In this document: in pieces, positions 1 to 11,280 of the stretch
Layout of the letters: each line of letters begins with the position of its first letter
How positions within the stretch are numbered: position 1 is the first letter of the stretch
DNA from: Cirrosporium novae-zelandiae
Taxonomy: Eukaryota
Assembly (NCBI GenBank): GCA_026023565.1
Contig: JAPETS010000008.1
Location: forward strand, 1-64,000
Direction of reading: 5' to 3'
DNA: 64,000 nucleotides
The notes under the pieces: model-generated
What the model was told of the DNA's origin: nothing
The model's input: the letters and a program-made list of their open reading frames with translations, nothing else
Databases searched by the model: none
Program-made: the position numbers and the translations under genes

Positions 1-780
1 CCCCCCCCCCCCTCCCCCCCCCCCCCCCCCCTTACAGCCCAACATAATGATAATAATATATATAAATGCAGGTAGCCGTAGAAATATGAGAAAAGGGGAA
101 AGTGGGTAGGTAGGTAAGGAAGGAAGGAAGGGAGGGAAGGAGGGATTACATTGCGGGTACGTACTATGAGAAGAAGAAGAAGAAGAAGAATGAGAATGAG
201 AATGAGGAGGAGGAAAAAGGGGGAGTGGGAGGAGAAAGGGGACCACCACCACCACCAACCCACCCGTTCGTTCGTTCGTTCATTCGTTAATTGGGGTTTG
301 AGGAGTTACGATTTCGATTTCGATTTCGATTTCGATTTCGATCTCGGTTTACTTATCTACCTACTTGTACTTGTACTTGTGCTACCGATCTACAAGTAAT
401 TACTTGTTTTATCCCCCCCCCCCCCTCCTTTTTTTTTTTTTCCCCTCCTTGGGGTTGTGGATTGTGGATTCTTGTGGAGTCTTGTGGTGAAGGAAGGGAT
501 GTCACGGGGAAACCGAGGTGAAAGAAGCAAAAAATAAAAAAAATAAAATATGGGCTCGGGGATGTGTGGGATGTGGAATATGGAATGTATGTATCCATTG
601 AGAAAAAAAAGAAAGAAGAGCAACCCGGCAAGTGGATAAGCGGTTCGTTCGTTTATAAAAAAGCAGAGAGTTCTTTTCTTTCTTTCTTTCTTTCTTGGGG
701 GGGTGGATCTCACTTATCTCACCATCGTTTTTTTTAATCATCCATCCATCCATCATTGATCATTAAGAGAATAAAGAAAT
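1..780. repeat. Low-complexity/microsatellite tract: poly-C, (GGAA)n, (AGA)n, (TTCGAT)n, (CTTGTA)n, homopolymers
   Basis: Directly visible simple repeats; ORFs here are translations of the repeats. Confidence 0.9.
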
Positions 781-1171
781 AAAAGTTTTGGGGAAAATAA
801 AATTAGTGAGGAATTTTTTATATCTTTATAATTGGTCTGATGGTTTTGAATTTATAACTAAGGGATTAACCTTTTTTTTTTTTCTTTGCGCCAATATATT
901 GAGTGAGAGAGCTTGGTCTAACAAAAAACCCCTCCCCCCCCAGAAGCAACCAGCAACCAGCAACGAACGGGAAAGTCCCACCGCTGCACAAAACTTTCCA
1001 ATTCATCAGCGTTCCTAGATATATAAATTGCGGAAAGCTCTTCTCTGCAAGCAAAATACCCTCATATTGTCGCATCGACGGCAGCAGCAACATCCAAAGT
1101 ACCTCGCGGCAAACCCCAAATCTCTCCCTCTTCAACACACCTCTCATCTTCATCCTCCTCCTCAAAAAAAA

Positions 1172-1570
1172 ATGGTCTCCTTCCACTCCCACCTCCTCCT
1201 CCTCACCCTCACCCTCACTCTCATCCTCCTCACTTTCCCCCCCTCAGTCCAGGCAAACGGCTGCTACACCTCCGGGCTAACCTGGTCCGATGTCGGAATC
1301 TCCGACTCCTTATCTGCTTACGCAAAAAAAGCCTGCAACTCCTTTAAAGGTTCATTCCACGCCAAACAGAGCAAGCGCAAATGCTACAACACCGAGAACG
1401 GGGATCGTGTGAACTTTGTGGTGAAGAATCGGAAGGGGGTGAGGAATAGCTTGACGGAGCAGGATTGCCATAAGAATATGTTGAAGGAGATGAAGGCTTG
1501 TGACATGGGGAGTGAGCAGGATCATGGGGAGTTTTTTTATAGGGATGATCCTAATGGAGGGAAGTGTTAG
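1172..1570 (+). CDS. Small secreted Cys-rich protein (132 aa), Y3-like glycan-binding-domain resemblance
   Basis: ATG at 1172 after an A-run; signal peptide MVSFHSHLLLLTLTLTLILLTFPPSVQA; 6 Cys; GCY..G..W start and YRDDPNGGKC end, as recalled for fungal Y3-like proteins; intronless. Confidence 0.8.
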   Translation: MVSFHSHLLLLTLTLTLILLTFPPSVQANGCYTSGLTWSDVGISDSLSAYAKKACNSFKGSFHAKQSKRKCYNTENGDRVNFVVKNRKGVRNSLTEQDCHKNMLKEMKACDMGSEQDHGEFFYRDDPNGGKC

Positions 1571-2581
1571 AGAGAGAGGGGGGCAGAGGGGTTTTTTTTT
1601 AGTTGGGGGGGTTGAGGCGAAGAGATTAATGTGTGCGTGAGAGAGAGAGTGTGTGTGTGTGAAAGAGAGAGAGAGAGAAATGTAGAGAATTTCTCGCAAA
1701 AAAAGTAGTTGATTATGCCAGCTTTCTTTCTGTCTTTCTTTTTAATCATCATTTTCCTAAAAAAAAAAGAAAAAAGGGGGGAGGATTTAAGAATTGACAA
1801 AAAAAAATAACTCATGAAGAAGCACACACACATATATATTAATTGAAAAAACCCTTTTTTTCTTAGAATTATCCCTGAAAACGCGGAATGTGTGGGATAT
1901 GTAAGGATATATAGGACAGAAGGACAGAAGGTATACACAGGACATGGAAATATAGAGAGCGCGTAGAGCACGGAATAGATAATATATAATAACTTAGTCT
2001 GCTTTTTCTTTGGGGGAGTGGGAAAATAGGGGAGGAGTTGTAAAGATGGATGGAGATTGCGAGGAGGTTGTGAGAGGGAAAGGGAGGGAAAGGGAGAGAG
2101 AGTTGCGGGGAAGTCTACAGACAGATCTGATGGCGGTGGTGGTAGTGGTGGTGGTAGTGGGTGATAGTGATGGAAAGATGGAATATGGCTTGCTTGCTGG
2201 TTTGAATGTAATTTTGGCTGTTAATGAGAGTTTTTTTTGAGGCGATGGATAGCAATTCACCTGTAGAATTGCTTGCATAGGTAGTTAAATATTTAGGGAC
2301 TAAGTTATGGAACTTAACAAGCTATTTTTCCATTCCTGCTGCTGCTCTTCGGAAAACTTTCAACGTGAAATAGATCGAGAAATTACCTATTGATTGATCG
2401 CCGTACGTTTTGAGGATAGTAGTGGTGGTATTATTCTGAATATCTAGCTCCAATAGCATTTCACCAGGGCGAAGCGGAGGAGTGCTGTCACGGCTGCTCG
2501 TGGTATCTTGTTGGAGCGAGGGGTGTGACGTGACAACTGTAGAATAGCATCGCGGGTGATACTGCCTAAATGGTGGTGCTA

Positions 2582-3478
2582 CTAGTCTTCCCTAATATTA
2601 TCTTCGTCGGAGACCAAGAAATCCTTGATATCTAGCGATGGACATGACGATCCCTGGGAAAGAATCTGGAATACTTTTTCAGGGAAATCGCGATGGATCA
2701 TCGCCCAGCGCCTCTCTAGCTTGTATGTGTAGCCTCCGTGGATGAATGCCTTTATCGCGAAAAGGTGAAGCCTATTGTCGTCCGAGCTCTCGTAAAATAT
2801 ATTGTCTACTAAGTCTGGAGATAGGGTTGGACCTCTGCCTTTTCCGGTAACTATGCTGAACAGTACACGCATGGTATGATTTTGGAATCCGGTAATATAG
2901 TGTTCATGCCCGAACAACCAACAACTAGCCAACCATCCCAGCCAGTCGCCCAAAATCTCTGCTTCGACTCCGCGGATTCGTTCTGGGTCGCGTGCTAGGT
3001 CCCCCTGGATCCCGCGGTCTATTAAATCGACCAAATCTGCATCACAGATATCTTGATCTATGCCACGGCTGTCTGCTAACGCCCACTTGTAAAAGATCTC
3101 GAATACCGGAACCGGCTCATAGGGGGGATTTATTGCTAGGGAAAAACCAGTGTCGGTCGGTGTGTCCCATTCATTGAAGTATTGGCATAATATCCTTCTG
3201 GATGCCATGAATTTTCTCTCACTCGGTTTATCACCACTACTATGGACAGTTACTAGAACTTCGTCATTTTCACTAGGACTGTTTGGACAACGAGTTAGCA
3301 AAAGTCACTAGTAGATAAAACCTTAGAGTTAAAACAGGATGTCATGATAAGCTCAAATTCAAAGTCACATCAACTGGGAAATGTTTCAGAGCAAAGGCTT
3401 GAGAATGTGAACTGAAAATATGAGTGGCACTTTTGAGAGTACTTGCCGCGATTCTTCTGTATCTATTTCCATGTCCAT
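2582..3478 (-). CDS. BTB/POZ-like fungal protein (exons 3478-3447, 3278-2582)
   Basis: 239-aa ORF with BTB-like pattern (VLVTV..KF.ASRRILC; FEIFYKW; CWLFGHEHYITGFQNHTM). Branch point GCTAAC and CAG at 3279. The exon 1 model relies on a GC donor. Confidence 0.6.
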
Positions 3479-4058
3479 ACTTGCGTGTTGAGGTTAGTCT
3501 TTTCAGTTCTTGTTGCTTTGGGTTCCTGGACCAGTATTTTATAGCTTCCCATTACTATGAGCATGAAAGCAAGGAGACAAAGGAGAGGATCAAAAGAGGC
3601 CAGGAAGTAGTAGAAATTTCTTAGCAAATCTCCATGACAAATCACGTCAATAATGAGATTCATGCTCTTATCTGGCTGGTAAAAGCTAGCAGAACAGAAG
3701 AATGTTCGATTTAGGACCAGATTGCAGTGTTGATTCTAAACGGTTCAAGATGATCTTCGAATTGAATGCGAATACGGTTGTCGTTAGTTGTATTCCTATG
3801 ACATGATATAAAAGTATGGTGGCATATGCAAGACCTTCAGGATATTTAATGACGCGAGATTATCTCATTAGGAAGAGATAAACGTAATACCGAGCGAAAG
3901 TATTAAGTCAAAATGTCCTCTGTACCATCTTGAGATATATGTCGGCGAGAAGTTGAGAGCAAGGGCCACAGCAAGGCCTCTTACCCTAAAGGCTCCGACC
4001 AACATCACAATCAGCGGTGATCCTTAAATAAACACTTACTGCCTACCTTTTAACAACA

Positions 4059-4172
4059 GCTCAAGTGGTTTAACGGTAGAATGTCACAAGCCTACGCAGG
4101 CGTGTACCCTGACACAGGGCGGAGTCGCTAGCATGAATTGTGAAGATGTTGGTTCAAATCCAGCCTTGGGCA
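4059..4172 (+). tRNA. Intron-containing tRNA-like gene; nominal anticodon CCT (Arg) but non-canonical loop (A32, G33)
   Basis: Acceptor stem GCTCAAG/CTTGGGC+A; A-box TGGTTTAACGG; anticodon stem TCACA/TGTGA; T-arm GTTGG-TTCAAAT-CCAGC; T7 terminator at 4182-4188. Removing 4095-4137 gives a 71-nt cloverleaf. Confidence 0.75.
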
Positions 4173-4366
4173 TCAATATACTTTTTTTGCTTTATTTATA
4201 TCAATGAGATTTCGTTTCGTTTATTTTTTGATTGAGAGAAGAGGGAAGTGAAATCTGCCTACCAGAGAAGGCAACAAACCATATTAATTCAATGCAATTG
4301 CTTTCGTGCGACCATTTCTGGTACATCTATCACACCTTATGGTATCTTACGAGCTATCTTTTTCCC

Positions 4367-6511
4367 TTACTTCTTCTCTTCACCCGACCCATAAGTAGCA
4401 ACATGTGTAGCAATAGCCCTAAAGATATTCAAGGTTAGCAATCTGCCTCTCTTTGAAGAAACTCGGCCGATATCGAGTACTTGCCTTCCACTTGGATCCG
4501 TTTGGTTACTCCACGTAGGTGTCCACCGCATCACTGTCTTGGCACAATACGATGGGAACAGCTCATCAAACATACACCGGTACCAATATGCCTCCTTGCT
4601 ATCGGGAATATCATCACCCCACTCCTTTCTTGGATTTTTCATCATCTCATCAGTAACCTTTTTCTCTGCTTCATCCTTCAATGCGTCGATCCATCCATAC
4701 CCTACACCATCAGAAAATTGTTCCTTTTGTCTCCAAAGGATGTTGTCTGGAAGGTATGGCTCGGTTTCAGGTTCATCACTAGTGTCGAAAGCTTTTCGCA
4801 GTATGTACTTTTCGATGCGGCCAGGTTTGATCAGCTTATCTTCAGGGTCAATTCCCATGGAAAGTTCCAGGAATTCCTTGTCAAGGAATGGGACACGTGC
4901 TTCAACACCCCATGCACAGGTGGATTTGTTAGCACGGAGGCAATCTGAAAGATGCAAGTTCTTGACTCTGCGAATACATTCGGCGTGGAAGGCCTCTTTG
5001 GAAGGAGCAGCATGGAAGTAGAGATATCCACCAAAGATTTCATCACTACCCTCACCAGAGAGAACCATCTTAACACCCATCGCTTTGATCTTACGACTAA
5101 GCAGAAACATGGGTGTGGATGCGCGAATAGTAGTAACATCGTAAGTTTCCAGATGATAAATCACATCTGAGAGAGCATCCAGTCCCTCATCGATCGTAAA
5201 GGTGAAATCATAATGTTTGGTGCCGAGGAATTTGGCGACTTCCTTGGCGGCTTTGCTGTCTGGAGCGTTAGGTAGACCAATTGAAAACGATCGGAGTTGA
5301 GGGAGGTAAGAGCCGGTGGAGAGTTCGCCGTTGTCGTCGATTCCAACTAATGCATCTGCATCTTCGTTGTGTAATGACTGTATACGAAGAGTTTCACGTT
5401 GAGCGATGGATGCAGTCAAGCTTGAGTCAAGACCTCCTGAGAGAAGAACACCGTAAGGAACCTCGGCCATAAGTCGCTTCCGAACAGACTGCTCCAACGA
5501 ATGTCTCAGCGCTTTAAGGTCTACGGGCGTCTTGGGAACGTTGGTGGGATCCCACCATTTTGGCTGGAAATATCTTGTTGTCTGTTTGGTTTTCGAGTCA
5601 TAGATGTGACCGGGAGGGAAAGATATGATCTTGTCGCAAACAGGGTGTAAGGATTTTAATTCGGAGGCGAAATAGGTAGCATCAGGGGTCTTGCTTGACC
5701 ATCCCTGGTAAAAGCTTGTAACACCAATTGGATCTCTTGCAGCGATTGTGCGATCTTGCTTCTTATCATACAGAACCCATGAAAACATGCCGTCGAGGAA
5801 TTTTGGAGCATCGATATCATGTTCCATATACTGTAGGAAATCACTATGGGCGCCAAATATATTATGCCATACTCACGAGGGGAATGATGACTTCACAATC
5901 GGAGTGAGTCTTGAATGGGTATGGGTTTTTCAGGTGTTTTCGAAGCACTCGGTGGTTGTATATCTCGCCGTTGACGGCCAGTGCCAGACTGTCATCTTCG
6001 TTGGTAAGGGGTTGAGCTCCACTGTCTACAAACAATAAGTATAATTTGTCCCCTTAGAACAGACTGTCGCAATAGCCTACCAACACCGACAATACTCAAA
6101 CGCTCATGAGCAAGAACTATACACCATGTAAGTATGGGTCTACTTTGCGACAATCATGGTTGTGGTGTACTTGTTTGGCCCCCGATGTAGTTTCCACCTA
6201 CATTACACGCGATCAATATTTTTCACTTTTCAAGACTATCCATTGACTCACTCCAATCCGGGCCACGATGCCGCACGCTGGAAACACCAAATCAGTTGTC
6301 TGATGCTACCAATTGATCAAGGGAAGAAACATACGCCTTCGCCATCTTCAGCGCCGTGGGCTTAAACGCAACCACATCAGGATGACTGCAAGCAGGGTGT
6401 CAGCATTGTCCTCTTGGCGACGTGCGGCATCAAATTTTCCAGGAAGGGATACAAGGATCAGAGGACATAACAGAGAGCAACATACCAATGACAAGCAAAG
6501 ATTCCACACAT
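4367..6511 (-). CDS. ASN1: Glutamine-dependent asparagine synthetase (multi-exon)
   Basis: Spliced N-terminus [61 protein letters not shown] and DPSGRAI motifs. Confidence 0.97.
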
Positions 6512-6630
6512 ATTGGCAGTTTAAGAAAGATGTCTAGTAACTACCAGGTCAAGAGAAAAACAATTGAATTTTTGAAGACGTCTAGAATGACTTTCAAGTT
6601 GAGTCGCAAGTCAGGACGGATTTTCTGATC

Positions 6631-6637
6631 TGACTCA
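6631..6637. promoter_or_regulatory. Gcn4/CpcA (cross-pathway control) element TGACTCA upstream of asparagine synthetase
   Basis: Perfect TGACTCA about 120 bp upstream of the ATG; ASN genes are established Gcn4 targets in yeast. It also overlaps a possible splice donor. Confidence 0.55.
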
Positions 6638-7222
6638 CCGAAATCGGGAACTATCCGATAAGATAAGAAGAGGGGCCACCAAGCTACTGGACTACCTAGG
6701 TACTCACGTGGTAATGCATTGTGGTAACGCATTGTGAAGGGCGTAGTCTATTCTCGAGTAAGGCAAAGTGGTGACTGTACTACGAGAGTAATAGCTTTTA
6801 GATAAGGCTGGAATAATCAACGTGGAATGAAAAAAATAAAACCTTCATTTTTGTCCTTCACCAAATCATAGTCATCTAGAATTATAGACTGGAAGAAATT
6901 TCTCTCCTTGTTAAACTTCTGCCAAACTACCCCGCAAGCCTCAAGGTCAGCCTTCTAAAGATTGCATGGGATATTTCCTCATTAGGACCTCTTATCATTT
7001 TTTCGTCTTTAATGAGGAGCCAAGAGAGTAGAGGACTACCATGACGATCCTACAATCTCTAACCTAAGGCGCCTTTGCTAACCCATTCAAATATTCCCTC
7101 CCTAAACGCCGACACCCGTTTGGTATCTACGCGCACAAGGTGCCATAAGAATATCGCATCATCGAGGGTACTTTCTCCAATCTTGATTCCATGTTCAGCC
7201 TTATCTGCCAGCCTTGTTCTGG

Positions 7223-7885
7223 CTAAGGTGCTGGGTTCTCCTTGACAATCTGTTTAATTTTTTTCTCATACTGGTGCCTATCCCTCTTGAAGAGATTATA
7301 GGCGTCTGCCTGTGCCGGAGAGTCGGGGTTGGGATCGTTTAGTAAGTCTTGAATTCCTAATAGAATTTGTTTGATCGTAATCGCTGGTCTCCAGCCTTCC
7401 TCCTCATTCAAGATCGACAAGCATACGGTTCCAGAGGGATAAACGTTGGGGTGAAATAGGGGTGGAACAAATTTGCCTAAGATATATATCAGCCGAAATA
7501 CCCTAGGTCGGTTGGCGGGTTGGGGTGCTCACATTTTGGTGGCTTAGTTGGATATTCTGGATCCCTCACTGTTAGTTTTACCTGCACAGTAGCAGAAAAT
7601 AATAACTATCTTCATCCAGACAGACATACCTTCAGGGAACGAAACATTAAGCTTGAATAAACCACCTTCCCATAGTGTTTTTTCCTTGCCTGGAACACCA
7701 CACTCCCACTGTTTCAAGTCCAGGACTCCCTGTGGGTTGCGAACAGGTTTTGCGAAGAAACCGAAAGGGTGGTCTTTACGCCACTGCTTTCTGTTTAATA
7801 TAGAGAATGACGTTTAGTGTTGAATTGTAGTAAAAGGACGGCGAACCTACCTCTCCTCTTGTAGGCGGTTGAGACACAGAGTCAT
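7223..7885 (-). CDS. UBC9: SUMO-conjugating enzyme Ubc9 (4 exons)
   Basis: [27 protein letters not shown]...[39 protein letters not shown]. Confidence 0.97.
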
Positions 7886-8363
7886 GTCGAGAAAAGCGGC
7901 GGTTAAACTGAGCGCAACGCTTCTGCAATGTCAGAATTAGTGTAGAAAGTAGGGAGAGAAAATGAATCTGTGGAGATGAAGTGAAGTGAGCCAGAAATCA
8001 AAGACCTCCTTGATACAATGTGTGAGATGTTAGCTCAGATGGAATATAAAAGGAGACCAAGTGAGTTAAAGCAACCGATGTCAGTTCATAGTTGATTCAT
8101 GACTGGAAGATTGAAGAAACAAGTGTTTTGGTCCTTTTGGCCTGACTTGCAAGTCCAAGGCTTGAATGGAAGCCTAAGGCAAAAAGGATTGGGAGCCTTG
8201 AATACAAGGCTAAGGCCAAAATAAGTTGGAAGCCTTAGAAGCCTTGAAGATCCGCCTGAGGCCAGAATAAATTCAATTAATTCAATTCAAATCCTTAGCT
8301 CTCGTCTATCCTAAACCCCCACCAAAGTGGTCCCAGCCCTGGGCCTTCTTTGAACCCAACGAG

Positions 8364-8369
8364 CCGAGG
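8364..8369. promoter_or_regulatory. Possible FarA/FarB site (CCGAGG = CCTCGG) upstream of PEX19
   Basis: Core hexamer known upstream of Aspergillus peroxisomal/fatty-acid genes; single copy, so could be chance. Confidence 0.35.
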
Positions 8370-8491
8370 GTCAAATCAGCCCCTCCTCTATCCCATTCCC
8401 AAGGCTACTCCAATAGCCATAACAACCAAGATTAATATTTACATTGCTAACAACATATCTATTCTATCATCTGATATGAATACGTCTCATA

Positions 8492-9752
8492 ATGGAACAA
8501 CCACAAGAAAAGAAAGAAAAAGAAGTTGCTGTGCGCCAACCAGATGCGCAAAATGACCAACACACCACCACCGCTGCTACTGCGAAACCTGTAGTTAATA
8601 TGCCATCCGAAGAAGCCCCAGATCCAGAAGAAGAAGACCTGGATGAACTAGATGGTAAGTAAATATCATATAGCTCTCCTATCAATCCTCATACTACTCC
8701 ATCTTCTAAACTCCCTTGCCTCCCTAATCACCTCAACCCCCACCACTAACCCTTCTCCTCCATTAGACATGCTAGATGAATTTTCCGCCACCCAAATCCC
8801 CCCCGCCCCTGTATCCGCTTCCCCCACAAACAATGGCCCCGGACGACCCCCTAACACAACCCTATCCTCGAATCCTCCAGAGGGCGCTTCAGGCCCCTCC
8901 GCGACCGCCTTCCCAGACGAGATGACAGACGAAGAATTCGCCAAGCAGCTGGAAGAAGACATGGCGAAAGTATTTGGGGGGATAGAAAAGTCGCCAGAAA
9001 TGCAAAAGGAGCTGGAGGCGCTGGGGGAGGCACTCTTAAAAGATGCAGAGGCGGCCGCTGTGGACCCCCTCCAGGAGTCCAACGCGGATGACACGACAAA
9101 GAAAAAGGCAGGGACATCTACATCCACAACGACAGAAACAACAACCACATACGAGACCTTCCAAGACAAAATCCGCTCAACTATGGAACGAATGCAGCAG
9201 TCCTCGAACGAAGCTACCGCGGCCGCAACCGCCGATTCCAACGACAACGAAGCCGACATCATCTCCAAGCTGCTCAAAGAAATGGAAAACGGCGACATGG
9301 AGGGCCTAGGCTCAGAAGAAGACTTTTCGAAAATACTACTTGGGATGATGGAGCAGCTGACCAACAGGGAACTCCTGTACGACCCGATGAAAGAATTCGA
9401 CGACAAGTTCCCTGGCTGGATGGCGGAAAATAAGGATAAAATCTCAAAGGAAGATCGGGCCCGCTATGAGGATCAGCAGGGTCTCGTTAAAGCTATAGTG
9501 CAGAGGTTCGAGCGTGACGGCTACAGCGACAAGAATGTTGAGGATAGAGAGTTTATTATTGAGAGGATGCAGAAGGTAGGCAGACCCCTCTTAACCCATT
9601 CATACCTCCCCCTCCCCCCTAAAAAAGCTAACCCACCCTCCGCCCCGAAATAGATGCAAAAAGCGGGCTCACCTCCCGCCGACCTTGTCGGCAACATGGA
9701 CGTAACGCAAGACGCCATAGCAGACCTCGAATCGGGATGTTCCCAACAATAA
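8492..9752 (+). CDS. PEX19: Peroxin Pex19 (exons 8492-8654, 8767-9575, 9654-9752)
   Basis: EEDLDELDDMLDEF N-terminal motif; MMEQLTNRELLYDPMKE; MQKAGSPPADLVG; C-terminal CaaX CSQQ*. Confidence 0.95.
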
Positions 9753-9839
9753 AACGCAACCCTAGAACCAACAAGAAATTCCCTCGTCCTATCCCCCCCC
9801 CTAAAAACACCCCAAAAACGACCAATTCTTTCTTATCCA

Positions 9840-11200
9840 TGTTCATGTTCTTTTTCTTTCCTCTTGTTTTTTTTTTCTAAAAAACGAAACGTCTATTATT
9901 GAGATGATTGGCCGATTGATTAGTTGGTTGATTTGGTTAATAGGTATACTTGTACAATACATTATAACATAAAATAATATAATATTTGCTTTTTTTCTTT
10001 TTTTTGGGTGGAGGGAAGAGGGAGGTAAGGGGATGGGGAGTAGGGGGATAAGGGGTGGGGGTTGAATTGAAAGGATTGGAGAGAATGGGACATAAGGGGA
10101 TAGAGATGCACGCCTGCCACGCCTGCCATGTTATGCAATGTCATGCAATGCTCAATGCAAGTTATGAGCTAAATATATGTCCCATATATATATATTTTTC
10201 TTTTTCTTAAAAAAGGGGTTAAAGCCAGCATACATACATACATACATACATACATACATACACATGCATATCCCCATCTCTCAAAACTTTAAAACGATAC
10301 ATTAATACATTAACCCGTCAACCATATCCTCTAGTCTATAGATTTTCTTTTTCTTAAGAAGAGCCTAAATAAAACCATCATACGCTTTATATTTTATACG
10401 TTATATCTATAGTCTACCCGTCCATCTATCCAAAGCTCAAACAAAATAAAGTATATATATATATATATGTGTGTGTGTAAGAACGAATGAACAAAATAGA
10501 GGGTGGTGGGATGGCGTTATTGGATTTATATAAAAGATTATGAATGAATAAATGATGAGTTGGTTCCCCCTTTTCCTCTTGCCTCCTTCGCTCCCATCCC
10601 CGTCCCCGTTGGAGTGAGGGCTAGGTCAGGTTAGGTTTCTTAGAAAAGAGAATAGAGAACAGAGAACAAAAAAAAAAAAAAGAATAGAGAAGAGATATTT
10701 AGTTGAAATAAATGGAATAAATAAAATAAATGGGATGGAGGGATGGATGGAATAGAGGGGGGTGGGTTATTGGATTGATGTACTTGTACATGTATATATA
10801 CTTCCTCCGTTATCAATCCTCATTTTTCGTTGGGATGAATAGATGGATTGATAGGATTGGATGGATGGATAGGGGAGGGGGAGGGGGGATTTATTAGAAA
10901 AGAGAGAACAGAGGGGAGCAGAGAACAGAGAGGGAGAATAGTCTGGTAGATATAGTAGAGTATAGGTATAGTATATCAATCGTGCTAACTCCTACCTACC
11001 TACCTACTTACTTATCTAAACTTAAACTTAAGTCTTAAAAGAAAAAGAAAAAAGTAAAAGTAATGAGGTTTTTTTTGAAGAAGGCTTTTATGGTTGGAGA
11101 GGAGAGGGAAGTGTGGTTTTGTTCGTTCATTTAAATATTATTTCAGAGAGGTGTATATGTATGTGTATGTATGTATGTACGTGAATATATATATGTACAG
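9840..11200. repeat. AT-rich microsatellite island ((CATA)n, (TA)n, (GGAT)n, poly-A)
   Basis: Directly visible simple repeats between convergent genes. Confidence 0.8.
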
Positions 11201-11280
11201 GTACAATCCAAGAAACCCTCTCCACCAAATTGATTCATGCATGCGTCATTGTATCATATTCCTTTTACCGTCCCAATCCC

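Noticed and set aside
151..1018. Short ORFs in the first kb
   Set aside because: Translations of microsatellites.
2486..2535. TGTCACG...CGTGACA inverted repeat resembling LTR/MITE ends
   Set aside because: Only 50 bp long and no target-site duplication.
4089..4138. Ribozyme inside the tRNA insert
   Set aside because: No hammerhead (CTGANGA/GAAA) core and no convincing HDV-like nested pseudoknot could be drawn by eye.
4059..4172. AGG codon reassignment (e.g. to Gly) by the odd tRNA
   Set aside because: AGG encodes the conserved Arg of DPSGR in asparagine synthetase and basic positions in Ubc9, so the standard code fits.
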